Shown here piece by piece: positions 1 through 8,142 of a stretch of 24,151 nucleotides of DNA. This DNA comes from a virus. Its lineage: Duplodnaviria; Caudoviricetes. Both the position numbers and the translations under genes were made by a program. A model generated the notes under the pieces. That model was not told where the DNA came from and ran no database searches. It worked only from the letters and a program-made list of their open reading frames with translations. The stretch lies in the IMG/VR virus record IMGVR_UViG_3300032295_003399, positions 1-24,151 of that record. The stretch is one strand, 5' to 3'. Within the stretch, counting starts at the first letter, position 1, and the number at the start of each line of letters is the position of its first letter.

Positions 1-636
1 ATCTTCCAGGCGGATAGCTTCCCTGGTAATTTTCTTTTTGATGGCGATAACGAAGTCTATTACCCTTATGTTGGGCACGTAATGAGTGCTCAATCAAATC
101 TTTATAATCTTTTTGATCAGTACGCAGCATTCAGGGGGGACGATCGGTACTATCCCCTGGGAACTGGAAGATATCTAATCTGCGTCTCCAGTACCCGCAA
201 CGAACCACTCAATTACAACGTAGGACTTGTTGTTGAGTTTCCAACAGACGATCTTTTTATTCTTCTTGAAGATCTTGACGGAAGCAAGCTTGCCCTTGAA
301 GACGGCATTGATACCGCCAATACAACAACAATTGGACCGATTATTGCTGTAAATACGGTTGTAGACGGTGGCTTTAACGCTTTTACGGAAACCTTAGCTC
401 AGATTAACTCTGGAGTGACGGTTACAATCGATGCAGGTTATACGTGGCTCATTGGAGAAGTGGTGCCCCCTGGCCAAGAACCACAGGATCTGTTTCTATT
501 GGATCTAAGTCCTAACTACGATCCATTAGATAATCACGAACATTCGCGTAGTGAGTGGGTTGAAGCATGGGATAGGGAGCACCAACAAACAGATAAGTTT
601 CCTGCTGTGTTCGAACCGTTAATTACTCGTCCGTAG
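1..636 (+). CDS. Hypothetical acidic phage protein, 5'-truncated (possibly structural)
   Basis: Frame 1 is open from base 1 (IFQADSFPGNFLFDGDNEVYYPYVGHV) into the ORF-track ATG at 82, so the true start is probably upstream of the window. Stop TAG 634-636. Confidence 0.8.
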   Translation: MFQADSFPGNFLFDGDNEVYYPYVGHVMSAQSNLYNLFDQYAAFRGDDRYYPLGTGRYLICVSSTRNEPLNYNVGLVVEFPTDDLFILLEDLDGSKLALEDGIDTANTTTIGPIIAVNTVVDGGFNAFTETLAQINSGVTVTIDAGYTWLIGEVVPPGQEPQDLFLLDLSPNYDPLDNHEHSRSEWVEAWDREHQQTDKFPAVFEPLITRP

Positions 637-669
637 TTGCTAGACTTTTTAAAAAAGTACTATGACTAC
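633..669 (+). promoter_or_regulatory. Extended -10 box (TGC-TAGACT, 641-646) inside a hairpin that covers ATG 662
   Basis: GTAGTTGCTAGACTTTTT pairs with AAAAAAGTACTATGACTAC with two single-base bulges and two G-U pairs. Confidence 0.55.
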
Positions 670-1528
670 ACTTGTTGCTAATGTACCTCCAACGAAAGTT
701 TGGGTCAGAAAAGAGTATTTATACGATCTCCAGAAAGGTCATGGTGAATACACTCCTGGTTATTGGGTAACATGTAAATCTCTTACTGGAAGAGCCTTAT
801 ATTTTGAAACTTACCTCACCGAATATGGGGCTTTATATGACAAGCTTCCCATTAGCGCATTCTTGTCTTGGGATTCAGATTATCCGGATAAGCCACAAGC
901 TCCTACACCTGATCTTCCGTTAACCGATCTTCAGTATTGGAATGGATTTGATCATGGTTTGACTGTGATCGAAAAGAATCTTATCTTCAATATGCGTTTT
1001 GAGGTGCTAACAAGAGAGCATGGTGTAATGCAGGGCACATATTTATTCACAATTGATAACTACCATCCACATCGTAACGAACCCGACTTTTACTTCTCGG
1101 AGTTTCCCGATGAACACAAATCGCACAACATTGTGGCTTTGGACAATGGCCAAATTGGGGCTTATCCTAACAATCGCTGCCGAATGGTTGACCCATCACT
1201 GACGTACCACAACCTAAAGACGCCTGACTTTAAGGTGTCTACCAGGTACTTTGATGTTGAGTGTGCTCCCAAGTGGGGCAGACTTGGTGAATCAGACGAA
1301 TATTTCTGGAAGACGCCCAATGAAAAAGAAAAAGAAGTTGGTGACCAAGAAGCTTCCAAACTCGTACCTGCTGAAGATGCGTCTGATTCCTTACTTAAGG
1401 GACTCTGCGGGGACGACATGGCTTGCATCATTAGCCACTGGAAAGAGTATGCGCCAGATCAACGATTGGATGGAGAAGCGTGGGAAGAGGCCATGCGTAA
1501 GGCGCTTGGGACAAAATTTGACAGGTAA
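662..1528 (+). CDS. Conserved cyanophage hypothetical protein
   Basis: 288-aa ORF. Motifs VWVRKEYLYD, GALYDKLPISAF, EHKSHNI and NGQIGAYPNNRCR resemble a widespread cyanophage hypothetical family (recalled). The last ~65 aa overlap the next gene. Confidence 0.85.
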   Translation: MTTLVANVPPTKVWVRKEYLYDLQKGHGEYTPGYWVTCKSLTGRALYFETYLTEYGALYDKLPISAFLSWDSDYPDKPQAPTPDLPLTDLQYWNGFDHGLTVIEKNLIFNMRFEVLTREHGVMQGTYLFTIDNYHPHRNEPDFYFSEFPDEHKSHNIVALDNGQIGAYPNNRCRMVDPSLTYHNLKTPDFKVSTRYFDVECAPKWGRLGESDEYFWKTPNEKEKEVGDQEASKLVPAEDASDSLLKGLCGDDMACIISHWKEYAPDQRLDGEAWEEAMRKALGTKFDR

Positions 1529-1751
1529 AGTAACTCTTCATTTCTATCGAACCGTAATTGACACATTACGTCAATGGTGTGAGGAGTTAGCACCAGGGGA
1601 TATGATTGCTTTCAGGTGTGAAAGCGCTGACCCTGACAAGCAGTATCGAGTATGGGGCAAATGGTTGGCACGTAAAGATAGTCAGTACCAGTGGAAGGGT
1701 AATCCTGAATTAAAGTGTTATACCTTCTACAAGCAAAGATACGTAGAATAA
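1320..1751 (+). CDS. Hypothetical basic protein (143 aa from ATG 1320)
   Basis: Part of ORF 1251..1751. ATG 1320 begins MKKKKKLVTKK. It is the only ORF filling 1529-1751. The start is uncertain. Confidence 0.7.
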   Translation: MKKKKKLVTKKLPNSYLLKMRLIPYLRDSAGTTWLASLATGKSMRQINDWMEKRGKRPCVRRLGQNLTGKVTLHFYRTVIDTLRQWCEELAPGDMIAFRCESADPDKQYRVWGKWLARKDSQYQWKGNPELKCYTFYKQRYVE

Positions 1752-1772
1752 AAGAAGAGTTACCGAATACTC

Positions 1773-1937
1773 ATGGACAAGATTAACCATTACGTTGAAG
1801 TTGCGCTGTCTATTCACGCAGCCGCATCTATTATTTGCGCTCTGACCCCTACGCCTTCTGATGACAAGTTTCTTGGCAAACTTTACAAAGTAATTGAAAC
1901 TATTGCTTTAGTTGTTGGCAAAGCTAAGCAGCGCTAA
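1773..1937 (+). CDS. Small holin-like membrane protein (54 aa, not in ORF track)
   Basis: MDKINHYVEVALSIHAAASIICALTPTPSDDKFLGKLYKVIETIALVVGKAKQR: hydrophobic helix, TPTPxDD turn, amphipathic helix and basic tail. Preceded by TAGAAT (1744-1749) and close to the endolysin. Confidence 0.75.
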   Translation: MDKINHYVEVALSIHAAASIICALTPTPSDDKFLGKLYKVIETIALVVGKAKQR

Positions 1938-2092
1938 TCAACAGGCTGAAACCACATCACAACGCCACCTTCGCGTTCAACCCATTCTCTTGTTGCGTAC
2001 GCTTCTTCTTTTGGAAGTGTTACGCATTTTTTTTCGTCGCCTACATGCCAGCAGATATTCACTTTTATCTTCGGGTCTCTTTTGACTTTCAT
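1934..2092 (-). CDS. Hypothetical protein (52 aa, not in ORF track)
   Basis: MKVKRDPKIKVNICWHVGDEKKCVTLPKEEAYATREWVEREGGVVMWFQPVD. ATGA overlap with the endolysin stop suggests translational coupling, and it fills the gap exactly. Confidence 0.75.
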   Translation of the reverse strand: MKVKRDPKIKVNICWHVGDEKKCVTLPKEEAYATREWVEREGGVVMWFQPVD

Positions 2093-3216
2093 TTATTTAC
2101 AAGAATTGCCCAGCCAGTGTTCGGTCCATCCACTTCCCAGCGGCGTATCCAATTTTTACGACTGTAACGAATACCGTCACCAGCCTTGGTTTTGTTGTTG
2201 ACGTATCCACCTTTTGTCATATCAGCTTCCCCGTACGGATCGTTATGAACAAAATGCGTAGGAGTAAAACCACGAATCACAGACCAGTGCCCACCACCAG
2301 ATGGTTTTGTAATTGTTCCATGATGCAACCAGCCAACAGCAAGTGGCCTACCATTGCGAATTTCATTCTCAATGATCGCAGCGTTACCGTTGGTAATGAA
2401 TTTTGCATTGAGTCCCAGGTGCCTTAGTGCTTTTAACTGAGCCATGGAATCAGTAGTGTCACCAAAATTTTTACGAATGTTGTTGTATTCATCATCTGAT
2501 TTAACTTTGCCGTAAAAAGATGCAATCATTGCACAACTAGAGGAGAAGCATTCTCTTGAACCAGTACCTGATTGGTTGTCTAGTTGATAAAAGTATGGAA
2601 CAGCAAGGATTTTTTCACTGATTACATCAGGACCAGCAGGTGGTTTGCCTACTTCACGATCCATGATTTGAATTAGTTTTGTTGCGTAGTCTGGATCAGT
2701 GGCGTAGCGTTCTGCTACAAGAAGATGTGCGCACTCATTACGAGTAGAAGCACGGTTAATACCTTTGAAATTACTGTAGTCTTTGTACCAGCGATCAACT
2801 AGGTATTGAATACAAGAGGCAAGATCTGGAAAATCAAGAAAATCAGCATTGATTTCAATCCACTTGTTATTGATGAATTCCTTGGTGCCAGCCGAACTTC
2901 CTTTGCCTTTCAGTCCAAAGTAGTTGTTCTTTCCTGAGGTGTGTTTACCGTACCCACTCTCGAGTGCCCATTGTGCAGCAACAACTTCAGGAAATTTTGC
3001 TCCGGCTTTCTTTGCATACTTGAGTACACCGTCCCAAGTATTGGTAACAGTCTTATTATCGACTGGCTGTTGGATAACAAGTTCTGGATTCCTATAAAGA
3101 CGCGCAAATTCTTCTTTTTGCTCTGGTGTAAGAACTGAATTCAACCAACGGAATGCCCTGACTTGATGGTCGAGGCCATTGAAATACGTTGCAGCATCTA
3201 CTAAATTTATTGTCAT
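2089..3216 (-). CDS. Modular endolysin: N-terminal helical module + GH73 (FlgJ-like) glucosaminidase + C39-like peptidase
   Basis: GH73 motifs AQWALESGYG, NNYFGLKG and YATDPDYATKL. C39-like motifs VPYFYQLDN, ECFSSSCAM, GGGHWSVIRG and HNDPYG. Confidence 0.9.
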   Translation of the reverse strand: MTINLVDAATYFNGLDHQVRAFRWLNSVLTPEQKEEFARLYRNPELVIQQPVDNKTVTNTWDGVLKYAKKAGAKFPEVVAAQWALESGYGKHTSGKNNYFGLKGKGSSAGTKEFINNKWIEINADFLDFPDLASCIQYLVDRWYKDYSNFKGINRASTRNECAHLLVAERYATDPDYATKLIQIMDREVGKPPAGPDVISEKILAVPYFYQLDNQSGTGSRECFSSSCAMIASFYGKVKSDDEYNNIRKNFGDTTDSMAQLKALRHLGLNAKFITNGNAAIIENEIRNGRPLAVGWLHHGTITKPSGGGHWSVIRGFTPTHFVHNDPYGEADMTKGGYVNNKTKAGDGIRYSRKNWIRRWEVDGPNTGWAILVNK

Positions 3217-3257
3217 TTTCTTATAAGTATCTTCATTACTACTATAAAATGACCAAT
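3209..3257 (-). promoter_or_regulatory. -10 box TATAGT (3241-3246) inside a hairpin covering the endolysin ATG
   Basis: Minus strand GTCATTT-TATA-GT-AGTA-ATGAAGA-TACT-TATA-AGA-AAATGAC gives nested pairs GTCATTT/AAATGAC, TATA/TATA and AGTA/TACT. Confidence 0.55.
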
Positions 3258-3282
3258 AAAAAATGCGGCCGTATTGACCGCA
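3258..3282 (-). terminator. Rho-independent terminator
   Basis: Minus strand TGCGGTC-AATAC-GGCCGCA followed by TTTTTT, just downstream of the 3307..3483 gene. Confidence 0.8.
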
Positions 3283-3306
3283 CCTTTTGTTTAGATCTTT
3301 GTTAGC

Positions 3307-3483
3307 TTACTCAGCTTCTTCAAGAACTTCGGGTTGAACTGTTTCTTCTGGAGAAAACTCCAAAGATTCAATCAGTTGACCAATCAGATTCCCTGAGAAT
3401 TGAATCAGATTGGCATCCCCAGTAGCTCGAGCAGCACCAAATGAATTGATCGCAGAAATTAGATCAGACTTTTTACAAGCCAT
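3307..3483 (-). CDS. Hypothetical protein (58 aa, not in ORF track)
   Basis: MACKKSDLISAINSFGAARATGDANLIQFSGNLIGQLIESLEFSPEETVQPEVLEEAE. Extended -10 TGT-TATACT at 3505-3513 upstream, terminator downstream. Confidence 0.8.
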   Translation of the reverse strand: MACKKSDLISAINSFGAARATGDANLIQFSGNLIGQLIESLEFSPEETVQPEVLEEAE

Positions 3484-3517
3484 GAGATTGCAACAACTTC
3501 AAAAAGTATAACAAAGA

Positions 3518-3841
3518 TCACCAAGGTACGCCAGCAGCGGAAGTAGGATGAAGTTTTTGTTGAATCTGGTTATGCAGTGATTCTTCAATGCTAACAACTT
3601 GATCCACGCCAAGAGCTGCAAGCACCCAATTAACAACCTCTTGCTTGGTCAGTTGATCAAAGGGAACAAAAGAAGAGGGATCAGGATCACCAAGGCCGGT
3701 GCTTCCATATGCACCAGTAGTTTCACCGTCTTCTTCCAGTGAAACAGTCCAGTGAACTGTGTACACAGCACCATCGGGACATGTATCGCCATCAGGAAGA
3801 TGACGCTCCATGTTAGCAATATCCCAGGTAGCGTTAGCCAT
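3518..3841 (-). CDS. Tail-fibre-associated small acidic protein
   Basis: Pattern TW-x-I..ER..DG.VYTVHW...FVPFDQLT..V..WV...IE..L..QI....P....GVPW is typical of small genes found downstream of aquatic phage tail fibres. TAAAAT at 3860-3865. Confidence 0.8.
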   Translation of the reverse strand: MANATWDIANMERHLPDGDTCPDGAVYTVHWTVSLEEDGETTGAYGSTGLGDPDPSSFVPFDQLTKQEVVNWVLAALGVDQVVSIEESLHNQIQQKLHPTSAAGVPW

Positions 3842-3867
3842 AACAAAAGTGTTTTCTTTATTTTACA

Positions 3868-4014
3868 CTAACGCTTTGCAACACGTTTAAACTCCTCCAT
3901 AAACTCTTTTCCCATTAGTTTTTCAATATCTCCAGGTTGAAGATTGTTGATCAACTTCATACATTCTTTAAAACGTCGCTTGTTTTCCTCTTCTGTTATT
4001 TGTTCTTTTGCCAT
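3868..4014 (-). CDS. Hypothetical protein (48 aa, not in ORF track)
   Basis: MAKEQITEEENKRRFKECMKLINNLQPGDIEKLMGKEFMEEFKRVAKR. Fills the gap, with TAGAGT box at 4032-4037. Confidence 0.65.
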   Translation of the reverse strand: MAKEQITEEENKRRFKECMKLINNLQPGDIEKLMGKEFMEEFKRVAKR

Positions 4015-4029
4015 TTTAGTGTGACAGGA

Positions 4030-4083
4030 CTACTCTACCGTAGCTGACCCGGTTATTGCCGAGCCAGCTAGATTTTCGAGTAG
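4030..4083 (-). other. Long stem-loop downstream of the tail fibre gene
   Basis: Minus strand TAGCTGGCTCGG-CAATAA-CCGGGTCAGCTA (12 bp, 2 G-U; 4041-4070) inside an outer CTACTC/GAGTAG stem. No U tract. Confidence 0.65.
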
Positions 4084-4094
4084 GACTTCTAGGT

Positions 4095-6476
4095 TTAGGC
4101 GATACCAGCATCCGTGAGACGCTGTTCGAGCGCCTCAATGCGCTCTTTGCTTTCTTTTAGAGCGGCAACAAGAAGGGGAATCACTTCCGTGTAGCGAAGA
4201 TTGAGTTTGTCTTGGTCGCCTGCGTCAACCGCTTCTGGCAGGACCGATTGGACATCCTGCGCAATCAAGAAACTACGACTGGTGCCAGGCTCATCGTCTA
4301 TGTAGCGACCAGTTATCGCACGCAGTGTGGATACTTTAGTTAACCCGTCGTCGATAGGCACTAGGTCAGTTTTTGCACGTTCGTCGGAGTAGGAAGCCCA
4401 AGATGTAGCTCCTCGTGAAAGAGAAACGCCACCAGCGCCCGCGCTGTCGTTCCCTTGGCAGATAACAACAACTAGCCCTTGAGTTGACCCGTCGGTTTGA
4501 GGATCATAATCAAACGCCCCGACATTTCTCGGTGTGCCACCTATTGACCTTCGTATTCGGTAGGCGGGCGCCTCTGGGCCAGCGGTAAATCTAGCTACCC
4601 CGGTCGAATCAATCCTCATCCGCTCCGTCGGGCTGCTCGCTCCATCGGCGGTAGTGTAGAACACTAATCTGCCCGGCATGTCGTTGGCGCCGGGGGTGCC
4701 GTCTACTTCGCACCCAATAAACGCAGCTTGAGTGTTTGCATCGGTACCATCAGCGCCTGAAAAAAGAATATAACCAAGACCATCACCATTCTGCACAATG
4801 GTATTTGACCCAAGCACTGTACCTCTACTTTTTGCAAGAGAAAGGTAAGCGCCACCGGTGCCATCCTGATTAGTTGTAATACCAAGTCCTGTAAATTCCC
4901 CAGCGCCTTCAATCTGAGATCGCCAAACGACTGTGCTCGTGCTACGCGCAGAAGACGTGCCAACTAAAAGCCTAGAACTGCTATCAAAGCGAGCGACTTC
5001 GCTTGTGCCTCTATAAAATACATGAGAACCAGTTGGAGTGGTTAAATAATCTGATGATGCAACCGAAACGCCAATCCCATGTTTAAGAGTCCCATCATTG
5101 TAAGTAAGTATTTTCATATTTGCGCCAGCAGTGCTGCTGTAGGTAGCGCCTAAATCAATGCACTCAGGAGTGGCTGTTGATGTTGCTGTTGTATCCCCCA
5201 GGGTAAGCCTTTGCCTTGCGCTTGTAGTGCCAATCCCTACGCGGCCGGAGCTGTCAATCGTCATCCGCGCAATCGGAGGATTGGCCGCACCAACATAAGC
5301 ACCCCCTGGGTAATAATCACTAATGGCAAACGATGCGCCAGGAATGACGCAAAGACCCCACTGCCCTATGCTTGAAGCACCAAGATTAATCGTTGCACCG
5401 TAAGTGGTTGCTGGATCACTTGCGCCGCCTGCACTAAAATCAGCTACAACTCCTCTGCCATTAGGGTTTACTGTGTTACCGCCAACAGCAACCGTAAGTC
5501 CTTCTGCAGTATAAGTAGAGTTACCGGTAACACCTTGAATACTTGCTCTTGCCAATACCGCCGTACTTGTCCCCACCAGAAATCTGCCGCTGGAATCAAT
5601 AGTCGCCCTGATCGTGTTGTTGGTGCCAAACTGGACCGGATAGGCGCCACCATTGGAGATCACCGTTGCGTAAGGGCCAGAGCCAATAGCAAGGCTTCCT
5701 CCCGTGCTGTTTTCGGTGCCAATAGTCGAAACTGTTGTGTTCACATAGGCCGTATATGTTGCTTGAGTGCCAGTTGTTACAGAGATCTGCTGCTTGCAAT
5801 CTGTCGAGGTGGCAGAATTGATATGCAATCGGCTTCCTGCGGCAGGAGCCGTGCCAATGCCAACATTCCCGCTCGCATCAACAAACAATCGCCCAGACCC
5901 ATTAGTTGAGATGGCTAGTTGATTTGCACCCGGACTATAAATACCTGTATCGGAATCAGAGGAAAAAGTATATGTTGGTAAGCTTTCACTACCAATAGCA
6001 TTGGCTTCTAATTGTCCGTCTACATCAATTACAAGTTTAACTTGCCCGTTTGTAGTAAAACCTATTTCATCGGCAGCGGGGCGATAAATACCAGTATTTG
6101 GATCTGAAGTAAAACTAATAGATGGATTTGTTGCTGTACCTGCAGCAAATACACCAGAGGTAATGGTATGAGTACCGCCACTAATGTTATTAAAATTACC
6201 GCTTGTAAAGTTTGCGGTAGTACCAGTTACCGTAACACCTGAAAGCTGAGTTGTAAACGTACCAGAAACAGCAGTTAAGTTACCAAATTGACCCGCAGAG
6301 CCGGTAACAGTTGCGCCAGAAACCGTTGTACCACCTCGAATAATGTTGCCTGAAATTGTTCCGGTAGCCGTCAGGTTACCGGAAGTAGAAGCAACAATAC
6401 CAGAAACGGTAATTGTCTGATCAACTCCACCATTTGTGAAGATAATGTTATCAACTTTTAAAGTACCGTACGGCAT
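4095..6476 (-). CDS. Tail fibre protein with C-terminal peptidase S74 intramolecular chaperone
   Basis: Repeated R-x-x-IDSSG-x-x-x-x-GT junction motifs, two 'PSISF..D..TGIY.P.A' repeats and a GTPGANDMPGRLVF.TT.DG.SSPTERMRI block. Chaperone signature SDERAKTDL...IAQDVQSVLPEAV...YTEVIPLLVAALKE ends in a coiled coil. Confidence 0.92.
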   Translation of the reverse strand: MPYGTLKVDNIIFTNGGVDQTITVSGIVASTSGNLTATGTISGNIIRGGTTVSGATVTGSAGQFGNLTAVSGTFTTQLSGVTVTGTTANFTSGNFNNISGGTHTITSGVFAAGTATNPSISFTSDPNTGIYRPAADEIGFTTNGQVKLVIDVDGQLEANAIGSESLPTYTFSSDSDTGIYSPGANQLAISTNGSGRLFVDASGNVGIGTAPAAGSRLHINSATSTDCKQQISVTTGTQATYTAYVNTTVSTIGTENSTGGSLAIGSGPYATVISNGGAYPVQFGTNNTIRATIDSSGRFLVGTSTAVLARASIQGVTGNSTYTAEGLTVAVGGNTVNPNGRGVVADFSAGGASDPATTYGATINLGASSIGQWGLCVIPGASFAISDYYPGGAYVGAANPPIARMTIDSSGRVGIGTTSARQRLTLGDTTATSTATPECIDLGATYSSTAGANMKILTYNDGTLKHGIGVSVASSDYLTTPTGSHVFYRGTSEVARFDSSSRLLVGTSSARSTSTVVWRSQIEGAGEFTGLGITTNQDGTGGAYLSLAKSRGTVLGSNTIVQNGDGLGYILFSGADGTDANTQAAFIGCEVDGTPGANDMPGRLVFYTTADGASSPTERMRIDSTGVARFTAGPEAPAYRIRRSIGGTPRNVGAFDYDPQTDGSTQGLVVVICQGNDSAGAGGVSLSRGATSWASYSDERAKTDLVPIDDGLTKVSTLRAITGRYIDDEPGTSRSFLIAQDVQSVLPEAVDAGDQDKLNLRYTEVIPLLVAALKESKERIEALEQRLTDAGIA

Positions 6477-6513
6477 GGCTCTTGTTGCTTTTTCTTTATT
6501 TTAACCGAAACAA

Positions 6514-8142
6514 TTAAGGCAGAATTGTAATTGTTCCTCGGATAATTAAACCTGCATCACCAGAGATAACGCCAGAAGAAATAAGAGCTGGCGTTGCTCC
6601 AGATGGTGCAGTGAATACGCCTGATACACCGGTCACATTTGTAAACTGTGCAGTAGTTCCAGTAATTGTGGTGCCTGTAACTGTTGTAAACCCTGCAGTT
6701 CCACCTGTTAACGTGGTAAATTGACCAATATTTCCTGTGACCGTAGCCCCTGAAACACTCGTTGTTCCAATAATAGTTCCACCTGTTATATTTGTTGCTT
6801 GCACTGCAGAGCCTGTAACTGTTTGCCCTGAAACAGTTCCAGTTACATTAATTCCGGAACTAAAATAACCGGAACCAAGAACCCTAAAGTCGCCACTAAT
6901 AGTAGCTCCTGCAAAGGCAAGGTTTGCTGCGCTTAAGTTTTGAAATATACCGGATAAAAATTGTGCACTTTGACCAGTAACAGTAGCACCCGAGAGTTGT
7001 GCAGTAAATACACCGCTAGCACCAGTAATTGTTGCAGCTTGAACCGTATTGCCTGTTATTGTTTGCCCAGATATCTGAGAGGTGAATACACCTGTGATAC
7101 CCGTAATCGTTGTAAATTGCCCGAAATTGCCGGTAATTGTTGCGCCTGACAGTTGGGTTGTGAAGACTCCTGATTGGAAATTGGATGTGGTTCCTGTGAC
7201 CGTTGTTCCGGTAACTGTTGTAAATCCTGCGGTATTTCCTGTGAGGGTTCCAAATTGTCCTGCATTGCCAGTAATCGTAGCGCCAGAAATTTGAGACGTA
7301 AAAACACCGGAATTTCCGGTAATTGTTGAAGCTCTTACCGTATTACCAGTAATTGTTGCTCCAGAAAGCTGATCAGTGAAGACACCAGAAACTCCCGTAA
7401 CATTGGTAAAAAGAGCCGTGTTCCCGGTAATGGTTGCACCTGATATGCGATTAGTAAAAACACCGCTAATACCAGTAATATTTGTGAATCTGCCAGTGTT
7501 TCCAGTAATTACGGCACCCGACAATTGCGAAGTAAAAACCCCAGACGCGCCTGTGACAGTTGTAAATTTGGCTATATTACCCGTAACGGATGTGCCAGAA
7601 ATTTGACTAGTGAAAACACCTGATTGGAAATTAGCTGTTACACCAGTAATTGTTGAACCAGTCAAGGTTCCTGTTACAGTTACTCCAGAAGAGAAGAAAG
7701 AGTTTCCTAATTCTCTGAATGTACCACTGACCGTTAAATCACCCTGGGTAGTATGGCCGCTAGCTGTAAGATTTTGAAAGGTTGCGTTTGTAGCGTTGAC
7801 GGTGGTACCAGTAATGGTTGTACCGCTGAGGGTACCGCTGACATTCAGGTTATTTTCAATGAAAACACCACTGAAGTTGGCAACTCCAGTCGAAGTAATT
7901 GCGTTAAAAGTTGCTTGGCCTGTGACCGTAAATGTGCTGTTGATTAAAAGGGGACCTGTCATGGTCCCACCGCTAAGCGTTAAATATTTTATGTTAAGGT
8001 AATTACTAAATTCACTTAAAGTAATTTTTTTATTTTTTAACGTCGGGTCGACTTCAAAGACGCGAACAAGAGTCAGCAGATCTTGCTCTGCCAGGATTGC
8101 GCCTTGAATTGAAGGCAGTTCTGTAATCCTTCTATTGGCCAC
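6514..8142 (-). CDS. Thr/Gly/Ser-rich repetitive fibre-like virion protein
   Basis: GTG start. N-terminus MANRRITELP..QDLL..V..KNKKITL resembles fibre anchoring segments. It contains YL-x-LSGGTMTGPL and ~26-aa repeats such as FTTVTGASGVFTSQLSGAVITGNTGR. Confidence 0.85.
   Translation of the reverse strand: MANRRITELPSIQGAILAEQDLLTLVRVFEVDPTLKNKKITLSEFSNYLNIKYLTLSGGTMTGPLLINSTFTVTGQATFNAITSTGVANFSGVFIENNLNVSGTLSGTTITGTTVNATNATFQNLTASGHTTQGDLTVSGTFRELGNSFFSSGVTVTGTLTGSTITGVTANFQSGVFTSQISGTSVTGNIAKFTTVTGASGVFTSQLSGAVITGNTGRFTNITGISGVFTNRISGATITGNTALFTNVTGVSGVFTDQLSGATITGNTVRASTITGNSGVFTSQISGATITGNAGQFGTLTGNTAGFTTVTGTTVTGTTSNFQSGVFTTQLSGATITGNFGQFTTITGITGVFTSQISGQTITGNTVQAATITGASGVFTAQLSGATVTGQSAQFLSGIFQNLSAANLAFAGATISGDFRVLGSGYFSSGINVTGTVSGQTVTGSAVQATNITGGTIIGTTSVSGATVTGNIGQFTTLTGGTAGFTTVTGTTITGTTAQFTNVTGVSGVFTAPSGATPALISSGVISGDAGLIIRGTITILP
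6960..7640 (-). repeat. Degenerate coding tandem repeat (about 26 aa / 78 nt, roughly 8-9 units)
   Basis: Recurring SGVFT-x-Q-[LI]-SG-x-T-[IV]-TGN in the 542-aa protein. Codons are diverged between units. Confidence 0.85.

Noticed and set aside
4021-4700. Diversity-generating retroelement target (fibre end plus downstream hairpin)
   Set aside because: No second near-identical copy differing at adenines, no reverse transcriptase in the window, and the C-terminus is an S74 chaperone rather than a variable lectin-type domain.
6960-7640. CRISPR-like or non-coding repeat array
   Set aside because: The repeats are conserved at protein level with diverged codons and lie in one open frame. There are no identical repeats with unique spacers.
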